Source: Sandaracinaceae bacterium (GTDB lineage: Bacteria; Myxococcota_A; Polyangia; Polyangiales; Sandaracinaceae). From it: a stretch of DNA of 64,000 bases. Below, piece after piece: positions 57,502-64,000 of this stretch (positions are counted from its first letter, which is position 1; each line of letters opens with the position of its first letter). A model generated the notes under the pieces. The model was not told the DNA's origin and did no database searches. It saw only the letters and a program-made list of their open reading frames with translations. The DNA is taken from contig JBGCFC010000009.1 of NCBI GenBank assembly GCA_045106715.1, positions 192,001 to 256,000 on the forward strand, in the 5' to 3' direction. The position numbers were made by a program, and so were the translations under genes.

Positions 57502-58311
57502 TCAGTTCGCCGCGAACGACGGCGTGCCCATGCCCGGATCCCATGGCGGATTGCGCAGAAGGTTCCGCCAGAGGACGCGCCAGGTGTTCCAGTTGTGGCC
57601 GCCCGCCGTGGTACCCGAGCGGTTCTCCGGGAGCACGGCGGCCAGCAGCCCGACGCCAGGACGCAGGCGGTCTTCGGTCCCGACGGCGATGTACAGATCG
57701 GGGCGGTTCTCGGGCGCGTTGGCGTACCCCTGAAGCCAGATCCAGAGCGCGTCGTCGAACCCCTCTTCGCTGTTCATGTCGACGTCGTCCGCGTCGGGGG
57801 CGTCCCATTCGGCCAGTCCGCCCGCTTCGTCGATGGAGCGCACGAGGTTGTCGTCACCGAGGAACGGCGCGAGCAGCACCACCCCGCGGATCCGGCCCTC
57901 GTTGACCTGGGTGACGAGCAGCGATCCCATGCCGCCCATCGAGATGCCGACGAGCCAGATCTCGTCGTAGCCGCGGGCCTCGGCGACCCGCAGCACGTCT
58001 TCCGTCACCCGCTGACGCAGCGTGCCGCCCCGGTAGTAGCCGAAGTGCGCGTCCACCGCGACGAGGTCGCAGCGCGTGGACGCGGCCTGTGCGTCGGCGA
58101 AGAACCCGTGGTTCACGTAGTCGTCGGGCGTGTCGAGCATGCCCGGCATGAACATGATGAGGCACTGCCGGCGCTGGTACGGGTCCATGCGCCCCTCGAG
58201 CGCGAGCATCGGCTCGGTCGTGGCGCGGATGAAGTAGGCGCCGTAGTTGCAGCTCGTGGCGGCGAGACCGAGGGCCAACGCGAGGAGCAGGAGGGGCAGG
58301 CGGAAGCGCAT
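57502..58311 (-). CDS. alpha/beta-hydrolase fold lipoprotein (paralog of 1035-1865)
   Basis: Signal and lipobox LGLAATSC. GISMGG. Shared blocks with the first copy. Confidence 0.7.
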   Translation of the reverse strand: MRFRLPLLLLALALGLAATSCNYGAYFIRATTEPMLALEGRMDPYQRRQCLIMFMPGMLDTPDDYVNHGFFADAQAASTRCDLVAVDAHFGYYRGGTLRQRVTEDVLRVAEARGYDEIWLVGISMGGMGSLLVTQVNEGRIRGVVLLAPFLGDDNLVRSIDEAGGLAEWDAPDADDVDMNSEEGFDDALWIWLQGYANAPENRPDLYIAVGTEDRLRPGVGLLAAVLPENRSGTTAGGHNWNTWRVLWRNLLRNPPWDPGMGTPSFAAN

Positions 58312-58362
58312 GGCCGGAGCCTAGGGCGAGCGGCTCTTCCGTGCATTCCGAACTTGCGCAGG

Positions 58363-58650
58363 CTACCAACCGTCTCCGATCTCCGTCACGAACGGCCCGT
58401 CCTGGTTGCCGGTGACCGCCATGCCATGGCCCGACATGCGCTGCGCCTGCCTCTTTGCGGCGTCAAGGGCGTCGACGAGGTCTTCGGGCGTCCACTCCGG
58501 GTCGAGGTACTCCCGGTCTCTTTCGCCGGGCTGCTGCTCGAAGTCATACTCAAACTCCGCCTCCGTGACCACCATCGCGGCTCCGTTGGCGTCCACCACC
58601 CTCTCGTTCGTGAGGTCGCGCGCGGGCAGGTTGAGCTCGACGTCTCTCGG
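58363..58650 (-). CDS. small hypothetical protein (C-terminal part coding-like; start unclear)
   Basis: The C-terminal 90 aa are acidic and protein-like (EFEYDFEQQPGERDREYLDPEW...). The N-terminal extension of the ORF is P/R-rich. Confidence 0.3.
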   Translation of the reverse strand, partial: PRDVELNLPARDLTNERVVDANGAAMVVTEAEFEYDFEQQPGERDREYLDPEWTPEDLVDALDAAKRQAQRMSGHGMAVTGNQDGPFVTEIGDGW

Positions 58651-59308
58651 CGTAGCAGGCGTCGGGGCTCCGCGCGTTCGCTCGCCCTTCGATCCGGTCG
58701 TGGTCGTTCGTGGCCGGCATTTGCGGCTCCACCGCGCCGGCGATGGGGGCGGTTGATCATCGCTGGGTGGCGGTGCCGCACGCTCGCCCATTGATCCACG
58801 AAGACGGTCGGGGATGCCGTGCACGCGAGAGCCTCGCCCTGGTGGCCGGGGGGACCACCATGCCGCGGCTGTGCCCGGCTCGTGCCCCGTCGACGTGCAC
58901 ATGCGGGAGTTCAGGTGGAAGTCCGGGGGGGCGTTGTCGAGCACGGTCGGGGACACACGCTCCGAAGCCCCAGCCGCGGAGACCGACGAGGACGCCACCG
59001 GGACCATCGCGCCGCCTACGGGGGTCATGCAGACATCGGTTCCGGTCGACACGATGGGGGTGTGGTCGGTCTCGCGGGTGCGATCTCTCCGCTCATGCCG
59101 TCTCCTCCCAGCCACCTGAGAAGGGGCGCGCGAACTTGGGCGAGGGGCGGATGGGCAAGGATAGGGTGTGTCCAACACCACGCAGGTTGCGTTCCAAACC
59201 CCATCTAAGACGCTGTGGGCGATCGAGGAATACGCCTCCTGCGCATATGGGGTCTACCTGTCCCCTCCCAGCAGCCACCGCACGGCGCTCGAGGCACGAT
59301 CGGCGGGC

Positions 59309-59953
59309 TCAGATCAAGCGCCACTCCTTGGCGCGCAGGGCGGCTTGAGTGCGGTCGGAAACACCCAGCTTCTCGAAGATATGGGTGAGATGGTTCTTCA
59401 CGGTTCCCTCCGCGATGAACAACGCCCTGGCGATCTCACGGTTCGTGGCGCTGCGGCAGAGGAGTGCGAGCACCTCCCGTTCCCGGGGAGACAGTGCGAG
59501 CGCCCCGGGAGGCGGAGCTGGCGCCTCCCGTCGGAGCTCGGCGAGCACGGCTCGCGTCGCGCTCGGGGCCAGGGTCGGCTCCCCCCTGGCGGCAGACCGA
59601 ACGGCGTCGACCAGGGTGTCGGCGTCGCAGTCCTTGAGCAGATAGCCGAGCGCCCCCGCGCGCACCGCCTCGACGACCGAGTCGTCGTCTTCGAACGTGG
59701 TGAGCGCGATCACCCGAATCCCCGGCGCGTTTGTGTTGAGCTGCCGAATTGCCGTGACGCCATCGACGCGAGGCATCGCCAGGTCCATGAGCACGACGTC
59801 CGCGTCGAGCTCCGCCGCCATGCGGACCCCCTCCCCCCCATCGTGGGCTTGGCCCACGACCTCGACTTCGTCGTAGGCATCGAGCAACGCGCGCATCCCT
59901 TCGCAGAAGAGGGCCTGATCGTCGACCAACAGCACACGGATCGGCGGGGTCAT
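59309..59953 (-). CDS. NarL/FixJ-family response regulator (REC + LuxR HTH)
   Basis: VLLVDDQ, a phospho-acceptor Asp in VVLMDLAMP, and a LuxR HTH (REREVLALLCRSATNREIARALFIAEGTVKNHL). Confidence 0.9.
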   Translation of the reverse strand: MTPPIRVLLVDDQALFCEGMRALLDAYDEVEVVGQAHDGGEGVRMAAELDADVVLMDLAMPRVDGVTAIRQLNTNAPGIRVIALTTFEDDDSVVEAVRAGALGYLLKDCDADTLVDAVRSAARGEPTLAPSATRAVLAELRREAPAPPPGALALSPREREVLALLCRSATNREIARALFIAEGTVKNHLTHIFEKLGVSDRTQAALRAKEWRLI

Positions 59954-61176
59954 CCGGCCACCTCCACGCGCAGCTCAAAACCCCTTTGAGGCATGTTGAC
60001 GACGTTCAGCACGCCGCCGATCTCAGCGACACGCTCACGCAGACCGTCGAGCCCGCTCCCAGAGACCGCGCCTTCGACGCCCTGCCCGTCATCCCGGACC
60101 CTCAACGTGACGCAATCGTCGAAGCGGAGGAGGAGCTGAACGAACGTGGCTCCCGCGTGGCGTCTCGCGTTGGTTAGACCCTCCTGGGCGACGCGGTAGA
60201 GAGTCAGCTCTGTGGCTTCGTCGAGGGGCCGGGGGGTCCCCTCGATGTCGAGATGGACGTCGAGAGCGGTCGCGTGACTCGCCAGCCGCGTGAGTGCCTC
60301 GTCGAGCGGACGCCGTTCACGTCTCAGAAGAGACAGCGAGCTCCTGAGCTCTTGCAGACCTTCGTGGGTCAGTTCGCGCGCTTTTTCCACCAGTGCACGT
60401 GCCCGCGCCGGATCCGCGTCGAGCTGCTTGTCGGCGGCGGCGAGGTTGACGTGCACCACGGTGAGGTAGTGGCCGAGCACATCGTGAACCTCGCGCGCGA
60501 CTCGGTTGCGCTCACGCGTCGCCGCCAGCTCCGCCGTAGTGTCCGCCTGTGCAGCCAGCCGTGCGTTCGCTTCGGCGAGGTCTGCAGCGAGACGGCTCAC
60601 GGTGTGGCGGCTGTCGTACTGACGCGCGACCAGCTCACTGAAGCCGACTACGAATGCGCCTATGGTGACGTAGCCGACCGCAACACCGAGGGCGGTCTCG
60701 GGAGAGAACCAGGCGACACACGCGAGCGAAGCCAACGAGATCCCGACGACAACGATGGCGGCTGTGACGCGGGAACGAAACAGCAATATCGCTTGGCTGA
60801 CCAGAGCGAACACCAGGATCCCGAGCCGACCCTGGCTCACCGCAACTGCGCACAGGGCGAGGGGGATCTGGACCGCGAAGTAGAGGGGCACGGCGTCTTG
60901 CCGACCGCTACGCATCATCCAAGCCAGCCACGGCACCTGCGTTAGCAGGTGCGCAAGCGCGATCATCGACGCAACGAGGGGGGCCGTCGACGCCATCCAC
61001 CGCTCGGCGTCGAACACGGCGTACTGCCCGACGGCCCCGACGACCAGCGCCGTGGTAACGAGGGTCGAGACGGGGATGGAGATCCGTCGCAGCCCTGCGT
61101 TATGGGTCTCGTTCCCTTTGGACACGGCCGTGATCTTACGTGGCCGGCTCGCGACCATCCAGCGGCCGCGGGTCAC
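59950..61176 (-). CDS. sensor histidine kinase (HisKA_3/DesK-NarX type) with N-terminal TM sensor region
   Basis: H-box ERNRVAREVHDVLGH, HATPase motifs, several N-terminal TM helices. The stop overlaps the RR start. Confidence 0.85.
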   Translation of the reverse strand: MTRGRWMVASRPRKITAVSKGNETHNAGLRRISIPVSTLVTTALVVGAVGQYAVFDAERWMASTAPLVASMIALAHLLTQVPWLAWMMRSGRQDAVPLYFAVQIPLALCAVAVSQGRLGILVFALVSQAILLFRSRVTAAIVVVGISLASLACVAWFSPETALGVAVGYVTIGAFVVGFSELVARQYDSRHTVSRLAADLAEANARLAAQADTTAELAATRERNRVAREVHDVLGHYLTVVHVNLAAADKQLDADPARARALVEKARELTHEGLQELRSSLSLLRRERRPLDEALTRLASHATALDVHLDIEGTPRPLDEATELTLYRVAQEGLTNARRHAGATFVQLLLRFDDCVTLRVRDDGQGVEGAVSGSGLDGLRERVAEIGGVLNVVNMPQRGFELRVEVAG

Positions 61177-61282
61177 GAAAAAACGTGACCTCGAACGTGA
61201 CCTACGGCCTCTGACCCGAGGATGGGTCGGCGTCTACATGAGTCTCGACCGTGCTGATTGCGGCGAGGAGGAGTGGACGACG

Positions 61283-62683
61283 ATGAACGTGAACCGAAGG
61301 ACGCCCCTGGGGGCCGGGACGCTGGCCCTGTTTCTGGCGGCTTGCGCGCCCCCCGCCGCGCGGTACGAGCCCGCGCCAGACGAACTCGCCTCGAGGACTG
61401 CGCTGCCCGCCATTCCGAGCGACGTCACTCGCCCCCTCGACCGCGTGATTTGGGTCATGAGCGTCGACCTGCGAGTGCTCGACGAAACCCTCGTGTGGCT
61501 TCGAGACACGGTTCCGCCCTCACCCGTGCGCGATCGTGCATTGGGGGCGGCGGTGCTCCTGGCGGCGTTCGAGCTCGACCGGTCCGATCTCGCCGAGGAA
61601 GGAATCGCCGCGTTCGACAGAGCCATCGGTGCGTTCCCCGAAGATGCCCGGCTACCGGTGTGGCGAGCGACGCTCGCGTTCGTCGCGGCCTACCGCGATG
61701 GGAACCGAGACGCCGTGGATGCTGCCTACGACGCGCTACGGCAAAGCAGTGAGCGATATGCTGGCTTCTCGGTGTTCGGTTTCACCCTGGCCGTGGCGTC
61801 CGACCGAGACGCGGACCCCGCGCTCGTCGACGAAGCGCTGGAGCGGTACGCGGCGATGAACGAGGCATTCATGGAGATGCAGTTCGACGGCGATCCACGC
61901 ACCGCGGAACGCGTTTCTCGCCTCGGAGACTGGAGCCACGCGACCTACAACATGGCTGGGACGGCTGCCCTCATCGGGGATATGCACGCCAGGGCGGGCA
62001 ACGTCGACGCCGCTGCGTCGAGCTACTACCAGTCCCTGCACACCAACACTGCGTATCGATGGCCGTTTCGCGACGCGGTACGTGCGCGGCTCGAGGACGC
62101 GGCAGGGGTCAGCGAACGCCTGGCGCAGTCGCCTCCGGATGAGACGATGCTCGGGGTCCACTTCGTGGGTGCGACCGGCGTGGATGAGCCGATTCGCGAC
62201 GCTCGTTTCGGAGGGCGTATCGGCAACGGCTCCTGCACGCTCTGCCACACGCGCCTCGATGTGTTCGACGCCGATGTGTTCGACGCCGATGTGCAGCCGG
62301 TTGCCGAGGTGGGGTGGGTCCGCGGCACGTACCGGGCGCCCGAGGGTGTGGACAACCCCATGCCGGTGTTCTTCGCTCTGCCGGAGGACTCGACTTCGCC
62401 GCCGGGCGGCTTTCTCGTCGGACGCGTGGCGTGGACGGGGGAGTCTCCGGCGGCGCCGTCGCGCCCGGGAGACGCGGTCGAGTACCTCGTGCCGACGATC
62501 CCGGGACGCTGGTTCATCGCAGCCCAGGTGCTCGATGGCGAAGGCGTCCGACTCCAGGGCTACACCGCTCGCGAGCTGGGAATGCAGCGGTTCCTCGACG
62601 TCAGGGCGGGCGAGGTGACGGACATTACGGACTCGCCGCCGATGGAGCTGGTGGCCCCCGAGCCCGAATCCATGCCTCGCTAG
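61283..62683 (+). CDS. hypothetical lipoprotein with helical (TPR-like) N-terminal half; contains an in-frame 15-bp tandem duplication
   Basis: Lipobox [11 protein letters not shown]. Start at an internal Met; the upstream part of the ORF is antisense to the HK. Confidence 0.55.
   Translation: MNVNRRTPLGAGTLALFLAACAPPAARYEPAPDELASRTALPAIPSDVTRPLDRVIWVMSVDLRVLDETLVWLRDTVPPSPVRDRALGAAVLLAAFELDRSDLAEEGIAAFDRAIGAFPEDARLPVWRATLAFVAAYRDGNRDAVDAAYDALRQSSERYAGFSVFGFTLAVASDRDADPALVDEALERYAAMNEAFMEMQFDGDPRTAERVSRLGDWSHATYNMAGTAALIGDMHARAGNVDAAASSYYQSLHTNTAYRWPFRDAVRARLEDAAGVSERLAQSPPDETMLGVHFVGATGVDEPIRDARFGGRIGNGSCTLCHTRLDVFDADVFDADVQPVAEVGWVRGTYRAPEGVDNPMPVFFALPEDSTSPPGGFLVGRVAWTGESPAAPSRPGDAVEYLVPTIPGRWFIAAQVLDGEGVRLQGYTARELGMQRFLDVRAGEVTDITDSPPMELVAPEPESMPR
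62258..62293 (+). repeat. 15-bp perfect tandem duplication (gatgtgttcgacgcc x2, plus a partial third unit), encoding [10 protein letters not shown]
   Basis: Read directly. Confidence 0.6.
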
Positions 62684-62756
62684 TGCCTCGGTCCGGAGGT
62701 TCGACCCGGACAAGCGCACGCCGGACCGAATGGAGGACCGGCGGTATTCGCCCACG

Positions 62757-62797
62757 AGAAACGCCCCGCGTCGCCGAGGCGATGCGGGGCGTTCATC
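62757..62797 (-). terminator. candidate intrinsic terminator of prkA (10-bp perfect stem AACGCCCCGC / GCGGGGCGTT; T-containing tail on the minus strand)
   Basis: The hairpin is read directly about 20 nt downstream of the prkA stop, between convergent genes. Confidence 0.4.
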
Positions 62798-62811
62798 AAC
62801 GGGCCACTGGC

Positions 62812-64000
<1,189 letters not shown>

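Overview
This is a 64-kb, ~70% GC, densely coding window with no rRNA, tRNA, CRISPR or transposase signal that I could detect by eye. I infer a myxobacterial-type chromosome from several recurring elements. There are three eukaryotic-like Ser/Thr kinases. The stress module PrkA / YeaH(DUF444) / SpoVR is present. Many lipobox lipoproteins carry Asp/Ala/Gly/Pro-rich (DAGPD-like) linkers. A TonB-C-like AgmX/PglI-type C-terminal domain is present. Because of the high GC, nearly every gene has long arginine-rich antisense or out-of-frame ORFs in the six-frame track, which I treat as artefacts.

Supported content, in order:
- SulP transporter 3' end, alpha/beta-hydrolase lipoprotein, a membrane sulfatase-family protein with HEAT repeats, nitroreductase, STK, S1 protease, small lipoprotein, acyl-CoA dehydrogenase.
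- A translationally coupled pair: a small zinc-ribbon / Gly-Asp-repeat protein plus a radical SAM/SPASM enzyme.
- A STAND NTPase with a C-terminal OmpR-type winged helix.
- An ECF sigma / zinc-anti-sigma pair in which the anti-sigma carries a bactofilin-like domain.
- An apparently frameshifted Cys-rich lipoprotein.
- Two tandem, coupled giant lipoproteins (about 1,580 and 1,380 aa) with FecR-like, VIT, vWA, AgmX/PglI-C-like and TPR domains.
- A hypothetical protein, a PNP/MqnB-like protein and a HAD/App1-like protein.
- Three tandem coupled vWA lipoprotein paralogs.
- TetR, then an STK coupled to a SixA-like phosphatase, then a CAP-domain lipoprotein.
- Two convergent methyltransferases.
- An acidic protein plus a 670-aa unknown protein with a low-GC C-terminal half.
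- UvrD/PcrA, a zinc-ribbon STK coupled to a zf-TFIIB-like protein, a membrane protein with a SecY-like N-terminus and SecD-like C-terminus, a PHA-system protein, HAD hydrolase, cystathionine gamma-synthase-family enzyme and lipoproteins.
- SpoVR, YeaH, a NarL-type two-component system, and a 5'-truncated PrkA.

The most interesting candidates are these:
- The rSAM/SPASM gene with its coupled Gly/Asp-repeat zinc-ribbon protein, a possible RiPP-like or GRRM-like modification system.
- The ECF sigma / bactofilin anti-sigma module with the tandem FecR-VIT-vWA-TonB_C-TPR giants.
- The low-GC unknown-protein / acidic-protein pair.
- The SecY-like / SecD-like chimeric membrane protein.
- The splitting of prkA from yeaH-spoVR by a ~7 kb insertion.
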